Assembly (NCBI GenBank): GCA_038153405.1
Contig: JAYOYH010000005.1
Span: 72,176 to 136,175, forward strand
Origin: Gemmatimonadota bacterium
GTDB taxonomy: Bacteria > Latescibacterota > UBA2968 > UBA8231
Length of the DNA stretch: 64,000 bases
Direction of reading: 5' to 3'
Shown: positions 1 through 8,790 of the stretch, piece after piece
How the letters are laid out: every line of letters starts with the position of its first letter
Position numbering within the stretch: the stretch's first letter is position 1
The notes under the pieces: generated by a model
Database searches by the model: none
Seen by the model: the letters and a program-made list of their open reading frames with translations, nothing else
Told to the model about the DNA's origin: nothing
Position numbers and translations under genes: made by a program

Positions 1-654
1 CAGCCACATGAGCGGGCTTTTCAGAAAGGCGTTGAAAATAGATCCATCTCGCCCCTCTTCCGTCATATCCAACGGCAGCTGCAGCAGCGGAAAGGTCAAG
101 CGGTCGTAGTCTACCCACTGCCGGCGCATGATCGACATGATAGTAATCATCATTAGGTAGATAGAAAGAATAAACGAAGACCAAGCCAGCAGCGGCCGCA
201 CCCAGTGCTCCCAGGGAAGGCGCTGTCCCTTGGGCAATCCCTCAAAAAAGTATTTAATCGCCATCGCATCGTGCGGCACCAGCCATTCCCGCACAAAGGG
301 ATGCAGCAGCTCGGCCCAGTTATTTTCCGGCGTGGCATAGTAGTAGATACCGGGCAGCATGGCGATGAGGTTACCGGTAAAACCCCAGGTGGGAATGGCC
401 GATGCAACGATCATCATGCAGTAGATGACGATCAGTTCGGAGCGATCGAAGCCCCAAGAGCGCCGGCATAGCTTGACCAGCGGGTTGACGAGCGCGATAA
501 ATACAAAGAAGATAAAAATAGCGCCGGCGGTTATATAGTCCGACGACATACCAGCCGTGGCCATGGCCAGGCGTGCGTAGGCAAAGAAGACGTTAATTAC
601 GAGCGAAAACAGCGCACCAACGAGCAGGGCACGCAGCGTTATTTTTGCGGTCAT
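1..654 (-). CDS. DUF6785-family polytopic membrane protein (putative peptide transporter), runs off the window edge
   Basis: Not in the ORF track. Manual translation from the ATG at 654 gives MTAKITLRALLVGALFSL...YYYATPENNWAELL...PWEHWVRPLLAW...RRQWVDYDRLTFPLLQLP, open to position 1. It aligns by eye with the C-terminal third of the 2122 aa protein (YYYATPENKWAELF...RQWAQNERLAYPMVELP). Confidence 0.85.
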   Translation of the reverse strand, partial: MTAKITLRALLVGALFSLVINVFFAYARLAMATAGMSSDYITAGAIFIFFVFIALVNPLVKLCRRSWGFDRSELIVIYCMMIVASAIPTWGFTGNLIAMLPGIYYYATPENNWAELLHPFVREWLVPHDAMAIKYFFEGLPKGQRLPWEHWVRPLLAWSSFILSIYLMMITIMSIMRRQWVDYDRLTFPLLQLPLDMTEEGRDGSIFNAFLKSPLMWL

Positions 655-662
655 GTCCGTGC

Positions 663-691
663 AGTATACATTTTTTTACGAGTGCGAGCAA
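663..691 (-). promoter_or_regulatory. sigma70-like promoter TTGCTC-N17-TATACT, 8 nt upstream of the ATG at 654
   Basis: Hexamers at 691-686 and 668-663 with a 17 nt spacer; no room for a normal SD. Confidence 0.6.
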
Positions 692-772
692 GCACGGGAC
701 TGCGCTTGTGTGCGCACCGTTTTACGTCAGACACAGAAGCGCAGTCCCGTCGCCCCTCTGTGTGCAATAGGC

Positions 773-801
773 TTGAGGCAAGAGCCGACTTGCGCTATCT
801 T
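773..801 (+). promoter_or_regulatory. sigma70-like promoter TTGAGG-N17-TATCTT
   Basis: Hexamers at 773-778 and 796-801, followed by SD GAGAGGAG and the ATG at 828. Confidence 0.5.
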
Positions 802-827
802 GCCTGCATCCCAGAGAGGAGAATCCC

Positions 828-1688
828 ATGCACCTTATCGCCGTCCTACTCGCCCTAGCCCTGCCGGCCAGTGCCCACTTTCCCGAGGAGCACGTATTTC
901 CGGTATTTCAATTTCCCGACGGCCGCGTTCCAGCTATGGACGGCGACTTTTCCGACTGGGCCATCGTGCCCGACAGCTATTTCATCGACTATACCGCCTA
1001 CGAGGAAAAACACCGCGATGGCACGCCACCCGATACGCTGGATCTGCATATCGTCCGCGCCGCCGTCGGCTGGAACGACGGGCTCAACCGCCTCTACTTC
1101 ATCGCCGAAGTCTACGACGATGTCTGGCGTTTCTCGCATTTCAATACGGATTCGTTAGATACTCCGCACAGCCGCATGGCTGGTGCCTATGTGCACGGTG
1201 CGGACATATGGGAAATCGTCGTCGACGCCGACCATGCCGGCGACCGCGTAATCAATTTTTCGGAAGAGCCAGAAGCAGAGTTTCGCTATCGCAGCGCCTA
1301 TACCCAGAACTACCACCTATATATGCCGCCGCTCAACGGACACTACTGGCACTGGCTGTGGGGCAAGGCCCTGTGGACGAAGCGAGAGGAATTTTCTTCG
1401 GTGGGCTGGAGCGGTCAGGTGCAACAACTGGGCGCCGGTCGCCTAGTCTACGAGTTCTATATCACGCCCTTTGACGATCTCCATCCGGACGGCCCCGAGC
1501 ACAGCGTAGTGCACGACCTAACGGAGAACGCTATCATCGGTCTGAGTTGGGCCTTTATCGACGCCGACGATAAGGACGATACCTACGACGCCTTTTGGAC
1601 GCTGTCCAAGCAGCAGAAGATGTACTGCAGCGGCGAGTACATATCCGATTTTAAGCTGATGTCCATAGAGGCGAACCTACTTGACTAG
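828..1688 (+). CDS. Secreted CBM9/DOMON-like beta-sandwich protein
   Basis: Signal peptide ending ASA-H; motifs P.MDGDFSDW, GWND..NRLY...EVYDD and EIVVDADH.G; paralog of 18050-18958. Confidence 0.7.
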   Translation: MHLIAVLLALALPASAHFPEEHVFPVFQFPDGRVPAMDGDFSDWAIVPDSYFIDYTAYEEKHRDGTPPDTLDLHIVRAAVGWNDGLNRLYFIAEVYDDVWRFSHFNTDSLDTPHSRMAGAYVHGADIWEIVVDADHAGDRVINFSEEPEAEFRYRSAYTQNYHLYMPPLNGHYWHWLWGKALWTKREEFSSVGWSGQVQQLGAGRLVYEFYITPFDDLHPDGPEHSVVHDLTENAIIGLSWAFIDADDKDDTYDAFWTLSKQQKMYCSGEYISDFKLMSIEANLLD

Positions 1689-1719
1689 CGCGCTACCTCT
1701 GATAGGACCCAACCGAGCG

Positions 1720-3555
1720 CTAGCGGTTCATTGCTGGCCCATCTCGCCCCTGCGACAGCGCACGCATTTGCACCCCATCGTATAGCTGGCGCAGCCGTGT
1801 GCGTTCGGCAGGCAGTTGGTCAATTGAGCGCTTGAGCACCTGTGCAGCCTGCGCCAGATCGCCTAATTGCCCGTAGAGCGCCATCATCTCGACGTAGACC
1901 GCCAACAGCTTGGGATTGAGCGCAAGCGCCTGTTCATAGGCGGCAAATGCACCTTCCACATCGCGCTGCATTACTCGAACGTGAGCCAGGTTAACCCACG
2001 GTTCGACCTGGTTAGGCGCCGCGCGTGCCAGTCGAGCAAAGATCGCTCCGGCGCCGCGCACATCGCCCAGCGACCCTTTGACACTGCCCAGATTCAGCCA
2101 GGCCTGCCAGTGCAGCGAATCTTTTTGGACCGCCTCGGCAAAAGCGGCCATGGCCCTGTGGCGGTCGCCAGCTTTGGCATAGGCATTGCCCAGATTGTAG
2201 TGAATAGCCGCATCTCCATCCATATTCATGGAACCGATATTCCAATTGGCGGGCACGGCAAAGACCGCACAAACGGCCAGGCCCAAGCCCGCTTTGCGCC
2301 AGTGACCGGCGCGCAAAAAATCGCCTATGCACCACGCGCCATAGGCGGCAAATACGGCGAGTACGGGCAGCGCTGGCACTCTGTAGCGCGCCGCCACGAA
2401 AAATAGAGCCACCGCAAGCCAATAGCTCAACGCATATACTGCCGGCCACGTCGGCCCAACGAGCCGCAAACTCATCAGCAACCCCCATAGGGCCACCGGA
2501 GCGACGAGACCAAAGGGAAAGGCCACGCCGGCCTTCCACAAGGTTGCAGAGAGGACCGTTGAATACGTTCGCCAAAAGTAGATGGGCTGGTTGCGCCCTT
2601 GCTCTTCGCCGTGCCAGAACAGGGCGAGCTTACCCACCATCAGTTGCATCCAATCCACCGGGTCGGCAGCAATGTAGTCCCATGCCCGACGCATAAAGTA
2701 AGCCGACTTTTCCGACGGGCGCACTATGCCGGATTGCGCAGGCAAAGCGACAAGTTCGTCCCATTCCCAGCCCGGACGAATGGATACCGTGCGCTCGTAT
2801 TCTGCATTGTTGCCAATGTAAAAATTGATGCCCATGTTGTAGGAAATTGGCACAGTGTCGCCGCCAACGGCATAGTTTCGAGCGGCAACCGGCGCAATCG
2901 GCAACGCTATCCCCACTAGGAAAACCGCTGCATACATACCGCCCTGTCGATGGGCAAACCTTCGCAGCAGCCCAACGGGCACCGCCGCGGCAAAGAGCAA
3001 TACGGTTGGAACGGCTACGGCCGCCGTCCCCAACGCTACACCGCAGACGGCAAAACGCAAAGCCGTGGGATGGCGCCAGGCGTGCAACAGCGCGACGAGC
3101 GAGGCCATATTGAGAAAAGTCGCCAACGAAGCGGGCAGCATTTCTCCATCAAAGAAAATTAGCGGACCCGAGAGAGCGGCTAACACGCCGGCGATCAGCC
3201 CAACCGTCCCATTGAATACATGGCGTCCAATCCACCACGCCATACCGCATACCAGCGCACCCAGCAATGCTTGGAAAAGTCGTACGACGTGGAAGAATGA
3301 GATCGGGAAGAGCGTTTTTAGCGCTCCGAGAACATAGGGATAGAGGGGCGGCTGCCAGAACGGTCCCTGCCCCGAGTAGAGCCAGTTGCCAGCAGCTAAG
3401 CGCTCGGCCTGATGCGTATAGGTTTCCGAATCGACAGCGGGATAGACAAAAAGAGGGCTCTGATCGATCTCAAAGACATAGGCAACGCGCAGTAGAAGGC
3501 TCAATGCCAACACCAGCCACAGCGGCCTATAATCTCTCGCACTTGTATCTGTCAC
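1720..3555 (-). CDS. GT-C fold (ArnT/PMT-like) membrane glycosyltransferase with C-terminal TPRs
   Basis: Many TM helices; VDSETY acidic loop after TM1; FWQPPLYPY, RNY, GINFYIGNN and ARYRVP motifs; TPRs (HYNLGNAY, AWLNLG). Start placed at GTG 3555 (track gives 3600). Confidence 0.8.
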   Translation of the reverse strand: MTDTSARDYRPLWLVLALSLLLRVAYVFEIDQSPLFVYPAVDSETYTHQAERLAAGNWLYSGQGPFWQPPLYPYVLGALKTLFPISFFHVVRLFQALLGALVCGMAWWIGRHVFNGTVGLIAGVLAALSGPLIFFDGEMLPASLATFLNMASLVALLHAWRHPTALRFAVCGVALGTAAVAVPTVLLFAAAVPVGLLRRFAHRQGGMYAAVFLVGIALPIAPVAARNYAVGGDTVPISYNMGINFYIGNNAEYERTVSIRPGWEWDELVALPAQSGIVRPSEKSAYFMRRAWDYIAADPVDWMQLMVGKLALFWHGEEQGRNQPIYFWRTYSTVLSATLWKAGVAFPFGLVAPVALWGLLMSLRLVGPTWPAVYALSYWLAVALFFVAARYRVPALPVLAVFAAYGAWCIGDFLRAGHWRKAGLGLAVCAVFAVPANWNIGSMNMDGDAAIHYNLGNAYAKAGDRHRAMAAFAEAVQKDSLHWQAWLNLGSVKGSLGDVRGAGAIFARLARAAPNQVEPWVNLAHVRVMQRDVEGAFAAYEQALALNPKLLAVYVEMMALYGQLGDLAQAAQVLKRSIDQLPAERTRLRQLYDGVQMRALSQGRDGPAMNR

Positions 3556-3648
3556 AGCAGCCCACTCATATGACGTACTCGACCAATCGCTAGCACACAC
3601 TCCAAATCAATACCTAAACAACCCGGATAACCGCTGCGCACGGTCGTA

Positions 3649-4515
3649 TCAAGTGCCGAGAACCAGCGGTTCCATATCCGCTGCTGCAACCACCTCGTCC
3701 CACTCGGCGATGTTCGACGGCCCGCTCGACACCGTCGATATTCGGCCATCGCCTAAGATCCAGCGAAATGCACTCTGCGGCAGCGTCGACTGCTCTCTTT
3801 TCATTTCATCTATAATGCTCCACACGCGCGGTCTGTCCGTCTCTTCGAACCACTGCTCGACAGCGGTTTTCTGCTCGTCGTTATCGACGTAAATCCCGCC
3901 GGCTAGCGGCGTGGCGATTACTATGCCCATATCGCTGGCCGCCGCCGCCGGCACGACCTGCTCGGCAGCCAGTTTCTTGCACGGGTGATAGTCGTGATAG
4001 CAAAGTACTGTATCGAACTCACCGGTCTGCGCCAGTTCGGCCAGCAGCGGGATCGCTCGGGCCGTAATGCCGACAAAGTCGCATAGTCCTCTCCGCTGGG
4101 CCTCGCGCAAGCCCTCGAGCGTGCCACCCGGCTCCATAATCCGTTCCCATCCCGCTAGATTGACCTCGTGTATCTGTGCCACCGCGACCTTGTCGACGCC
4201 GAGCAGACCCACACTGCGCTCCAGGCTGGCCAATACAGAATCGCGCTTATAGTCAAAGCCCTCCGGCTTAAAACCCACCTTCGTCGCTATCATAAATGGC
4301 TGCTTGACCACCGCCAAGGCTTCACCCAACAACAGTTCACTCTCGCCGTATAGGGGCGCCGTATCGATGTAATTACATCCCGCTTCCCAAGCCCTCGACA
4401 CGATCGCTACGGCGTTTTCCCGCGTGCGCTCCGGGTCGCGGCCACCAATATACGCGCCCCCCAAACTCACCGCACTCACATCCAAATTGGTCCGCCCAAA
4501 TCGCCTATATTTCAT
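3649..4515 (-). CDS. Aldo/keto reductase
   Basis: MKYRRFGRTNLDVSAVSLG, NYIDTAPLYGESE, IATKVG, QIHE; SD GGAGAG before the ATG at 4515. Confidence 0.92.
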   Translation of the reverse strand: MKYRRFGRTNLDVSAVSLGGAYIGGRDPERTRENAVAIVSRAWEAGCNYIDTAPLYGESELLLGEALAVVKQPFMIATKVGFKPEGFDYKRDSVLASLERSVGLLGVDKVAVAQIHEVNLAGWERIMEPGGTLEGLREAQRRGLCDFVGITARAIPLLAELAQTGEFDTVLCYHDYHPCKKLAAEQVVPAAAASDMGIVIATPLAGGIYVDNDEQKTAVEQWFEETDRPRVWSIIDEMKREQSTLPQSAFRWILGDGRISTVSSGPSNIAEWDEVVAAADMEPLVLGT

Positions 4516-4535
4516 CGCATTTCTCTCCGATCGTC

Positions 4536-5986
4536 CTAAAACAGTGTGTTGCGCAAGATCAATACGGACGTTGCCTCTTGCTGCCAGCGTTTCTCCACTT
4601 CTTTGGGCACATTGCTTCCCCACCGCACAAAAGCACCCAATACGATATCCGCGTCTCCGTCCAAGTCGACGTCCCCAGCATCCATCGTCAACCAGCGGGC
4701 GTCTTGGGCCTCGGCGAAGGTGTGGGCAACAAAATTCAAATCGCCCTCATTTTGCAAATAGACAAACGACTCTTGCGGCGCCGATGCATAGTCCGGAAAA
4801 AACGAAATGGCGGCAATATCTAAGTCGCCGTCCTGATCGAAATCGACGGGCAATGCTTTATAGGCTCCATATTGCGGATAGAAGAAGACCTCAGCAAAGC
4901 GATTGGCCCCGTCGTTGCGATAGAGTCGCACTCCGTGATAGCGCTTGGCAAACGGCGTGTAATCGGCGCTGTCGCCGTTGGCCGTTAAGATGTCCATAGC
5001 CCCGTCGCCGTCAAAGTCGACATGACGATGTCGTCCCTACCGTCCCCATTCAGATCGCCATACGTGGCAAACGTCGGACGCGAAAGGTCCGTTAAGACAT
5101 CGCGCGGAGGAATATTCAGCAGGCCCTGCTCGTCTTTGCCGAAGGCGACGAGTTTGCCCCGTGGGTTGTCGGAGGGAAAGACCGAACCGATCGAGGCAAT
5201 CCACACCTCTCCGGCTCGGTCTTCGATGGCCACCGGCGAGGGCGTGGACGGAATTTTTTGCAGTTCTCGTCCTTGGCCGTCGAGTATGACCAGCGAATTA
5301 TCGGCCGAATCACCCGCATAGACCCATCCCCGCAGCGTATCGATTTCGACGAGCGTAGTGAAAGGAAACGGCGTCCTGTAGCGCGGCTTAAAAACCTTAA
5401 AGTGCGGCAATTCCGCGCGAATGAACGGTTCGTTGGCACGGGGCAAGGGCACTTCAGGGGCGGCCTGCAAATAGTAGTCCACGATCTTTTTCCACGCATC
5501 CGGCGGCACGAGTGGATACGCCGGGTAGATCCCCGCCCGGTTGACGACCGCGAGCGCCTTGGGGTCTTTCTGCCGACCAATGGGATTGGCCGGTAACGAC
5601 GTGGTGCCCGCAGGAATACCGAGGCGCTCTGTGAGAAAAGGCAGCACGAAGTTGCGCAGCGTCGCGCGGTCGAGCAAATCGGGCTCGGCAAATATATGGC
5701 ACGTCTGACAGTAGAGTATCGCCTCGGCGCGGCCTGGTATCGCCTCGTCCGCCGGCGTGACCGATTGGATGATCTGGTGCTGTATAAGCACCGCATGGAG
5801 CGACGTGGCCTCTGATGGGCCGGACTTGGCCCTGTCCACCGTCTCAATTTTATCGCCGCCGGCCTCCCTCGCCGTTCCGCCGCCGGGCAGCCAGAGCGGA
5901 TCCCCTCCCGCCACTCCGATCAGGCCGGCGGCAAAAAGAGGGAGCCAACTCCACCGCACAGCTTGCCTAGCAGCGATCATACGCAT
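4536..5986 (-). pseudogene. Cytochrome c (CxxCH) plus FG-GAP/VCBS repeat protein, broken by a frameshift and probable internal deletion near 5020
   Basis: ORF 4985-5986 has a signal-like N-terminus, YCQTCH and GDLNGDGRDDIVM. The sequence continues in another frame as VDFDGDGAMDILTANGD (ORF 4536-4997) with further DFDQDGDLDI and DVDLDGDADI repeats. Confidence 0.75.
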
Positions 5987-6168
5987 TACCCCTCACAGGT
6001 GCACGGTGCTGAATGGGCGCAAATGACCAACGACTCTATCCCCCACACACAAACGCAGAAATAAAATGGACAGCAAAAACGCAGATATCGCGATCAGGGG
6101 ATCTACGTCTGAACGGCCTAGCCAATGGCGCTGAGATAGGTCCTTAGGTGGTTTGTAGGGAAAGCGTA

Positions 6169-8775
6169 TCAGTACGCTACCGATACGGTGCGCAACACCT
6201 CGGCGTTGTCGATATCGGCACCGGCTGTTTCCGTCGCGACGCGCAGGCGTGCATAATACACGCCCGGCACGACGAGTCGACCTGCGTCATCGCGTCCATC
6301 CCAGCGCAAGGACCGAGGCCCCGTGCTCACCGCCCGCTGCTCAACCAATCGACGCACCGCACGACCGCTCAGGTCGTAGACCATCACCTCGGCCGGGCTG
6401 TTATCGTCGACGCGCACAACGGTAAATTCAAACGCCGTATCGTCATTTACCCCGTCGCCGTTGGGCGAGAACACGCGCGGTACGACCCGCACGTCGTAGA
6501 GCAATTCATTGCGACCAACTGCGCCGACCAGCGTCGTCGTATTACCCGCGCCCAGCGCAACGGCATTGCCCGCATCTACGCGCTGCCAAGCAGCTGTAGC
6601 GCCGGTCCTATTTTGCAGCGAAGCGCTCAGTACGGCTCCCGTTGAAAACAGCGCCGTGCGAAAGTCGAGACGCAAGAGTTCCGCGTCGCCATTCGGCCCG
6701 ATGAGGGGAAAGCTCAACTGCAGGCTGTCCGCATTCGTGGCCGCAACCGACGCATCCTCTACGCGCAGGCTCTCCATATCGCCCTCGGCCATAAAGTCGG
6801 CCTCCGAACCGGCAAAAAGACCAGCAAATTCCAATTTCATATCCGATGGTGCGACCAACAATAGTTCGTCAAAACCGCTGTCGTTGCGCACAAAATCCGG
6901 CCGGATGTAGAGAGAGAAGGGACGCTCTATGCCCAGCGAATCAACTTGAAAGGGAACGACTTCTCCTACCAACCCCTGTGCTACCGGGTCGACGAAGTTG
7001 AGTCGAATAGAGCGCAGTGCAGCTGCGGCCTTGGGATCGTCTGAAACCAAGGTTGCCCTCACTTTGAGGTATTCGCGCGGCGATGGCGATGTGATCACGC
7101 TGCCCGAAGAAAGCGTATACGGCTCGCTCCAGTCACTCCAATCGTTACCCGGCACTTCTTCGGGAATAATATCTCCCTTAAAGAGCGATAGCAGCTTGCC
7201 GTACTGCGCTTCGGTCACTTCGGTGCCGTCTTTTTTGAAGTAGTGCAGGATTTCGCCCAGTTCGTTGCCCGTGCGCGTCTGAATCTGCACGCTCGTACTC
7301 GGCGGCGTGTCGGCGTCCCACTCTATGGATAGCAGATTTCGACTCCCTCCGAGGCGAATCAAATCCGATTCCAGCGACAAGCGCGGCAGAAACCCTTCGC
7401 CATAGAGTTGGACTTCGGCCAAGATAGCGCTGGCGCCAAAGGAGGCAACGGTCCACTGCATGCGAAAAAAGCGCGCCTGTATCGGATCGAAGCGGTTCCC
7501 TTCAAATTGGCGCTGGTACACGCCGCCCTGGTCCCTATTCAGCACGCGATTCCATTCCAAACTGCCGTCTGGGGCCAAGCTGCCGTCCGACACTTCAATG
7601 CGGTAATCGCCAAAAGTGCGGCCGCCGTACGCCAGTAGATGCGTATCGACCCAATAGAACGTCCCCAGGTCAAAAAACAGCTCGCGATTGTTGATATCGG
7701 TGGTAGCACCGGTCCAACCGCCCACGCCCCAAACGACGATAGAGGAACTCTCCCGTCGACCGTCAATAAAGGGCCCCAGTGCCACACCCGGTTCCGTCGT
7801 AGAAATATAGCCGCCGCGCGAAACAGTGCCGCTCAGGATCTCGTCCCCTTCGCCCCATACCTCAATTTCGGCCAAGCGCGGCCGTTCGCGACGAAAGTGG
7901 CGAATGGCCGCCCGCTTTTCCGGACTCAGCTTCTCGTAAACATCTTGGTCCACCAGCAACTGGCCACCGTCGAGCAAGTATTTATAGTATTCAATCGCAC
8001 CGCGCTCGGCGACCGGCAGCTCGCCATATTCGGCTTCTGTGACCTGCCGGCCGCGCCCGCCGTCCGTTCCGTTCACCACGATCTGAATAAACCTCAACCC
8101 CTGACTGCGGGTCTCCTTATCGGCATTCTGCAGATCAATTTCAAAGACGCGCTGGCTCTTGTTCTCTTGCAATAGACGCATTACCGTGGAATAGTTTGGC
8201 GTCGTCGACAAGGGAGCCAGTTTCGGCTTGAGCCCATCGGATATCAGGACATCAAAGAGCAGGAAGGGATCGCCCAGTTCCTCATCGACGAATTTCAGGA
8301 CAATTTTTTTTGCAAAAACAAAGCGGCCCAAGTCGAGGTTATACCACCACTGTGCCGGCAAATCGATGCCTTCAGGCACCGGCGCCGGCTCCCAATAGGT
8401 GGTGGGATCCCCATCGATCGCCTTATACGCATCGGCGGGATTCGAGCCAACTTTTACCGCGTCGGCCAGACCGATGTCTTCCGGGTCTTTCTTGATGTGA
8501 TCGGGGGTATTGAGTCGGAGAAAATCAACGATGTCGATCACTGCGTTGGTATTCCGCTGCATGCTCTTTGGCCGCACCGTGCCATCGGAGACGTTGAGCG
8601 TGCCCTGCGGAAACGCCCAGTTTTCCCAATGGGTCTGCGCGTTAATAATAACCTGGTTGGGACCAACCCTATGTCCCTGTGCCTTCAGCTCACCGACGGA
8701 CATCGTCAACGCACTAACGGCCATCAGCACACCGCACAACCACCGGAGTTTACCGATCATCTGCGTTTCTCCCAT
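6169..8775 (-). CDS. Secreted protein with two discoidin-like modules and a C-terminal FlgD-Ig/T9SS type-B-like domain (paralog A1)
   Basis: Signal peptide; AIDGDPTTYW..LDLG..LAEIEVWG; second module FFDLG..ARFFR..LAEVQLYG; VFSPNGDGVND..YDLSGR..WDGRDDAG..GVYY..VSVAY. Alternative start at 8760. Confidence 0.8.
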   Translation of the reverse strand: MGETQMIGKLRWLCGVLMAVSALTMSVGELKAQGHRVGPNQVIINAQTHWENWAFPQGTLNVSDGTVRPKSMQRNTNAVIDIVDFLRLNTPDHIKKDPEDIGLADAVKVGSNPADAYKAIDGDPTTYWEPAPVPEGIDLPAQWWYNLDLGRFVFAKKIVLKFVDEELGDPFLLFDVLISDGLKPKLAPLSTTPNYSTVMRLLQENKSQRVFEIDLQNADKETRSQGLRFIQIVVNGTDGGRGRQVTEAEYGELPVAERGAIEYYKYLLDGGQLLVDQDVYEKLSPEKRAAIRHFRRERPRLAEIEVWGEGDEILSGTVSRGGYISTTEPGVALGPFIDGRRESSSIVVWGVGGWTGATTDINNRELFFDLGTFYWVDTHLLAYGGRTFGDYRIEVSDGSLAPDGSLEWNRVLNRDQGGVYQRQFEGNRFDPIQARFFRMQWTVASFGASAILAEVQLYGEGFLPRLSLESDLIRLGGSRNLLSIEWDADTPPSTSVQIQTRTGNELGEILHYFKKDGTEVTEAQYGKLLSLFKGDIIPEEVPGNDWSDWSEPYTLSSGSVITSPSPREYLKVRATLVSDDPKAAAALRSIRLNFVDPVAQGLVGEVVPFQVDSLGIERPFSLYIRPDFVRNDSGFDELLLVAPSDMKLEFAGLFAGSEADFMAEGDMESLRVEDASVAATNADSLQLSFPLIGPNGDAELLRLDFRTALFSTGAVLSASLQNRTGATAAWQRVDAGNAVALGAGNTTTLVGAVGRNELLYDVRVVPRVFSPNGDGVNDDTAFEFTVVRVDDNSPAEVMVYDLSGRAVRRLVEQRAVSTGPRSLRWDGRDDAGRLVVPGVYYARLRVATETAGADIDNAEVLRTVSVAY

Positions 8776-8790
8776 TCGAGTCCAAACCGT

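Noticed and set aside
4985..5030. Programmed ribosomal frameshift
   Set aside because: There is no slippery heptamer, and repeat spacing indicates missing sequence rather than a simple frame change.
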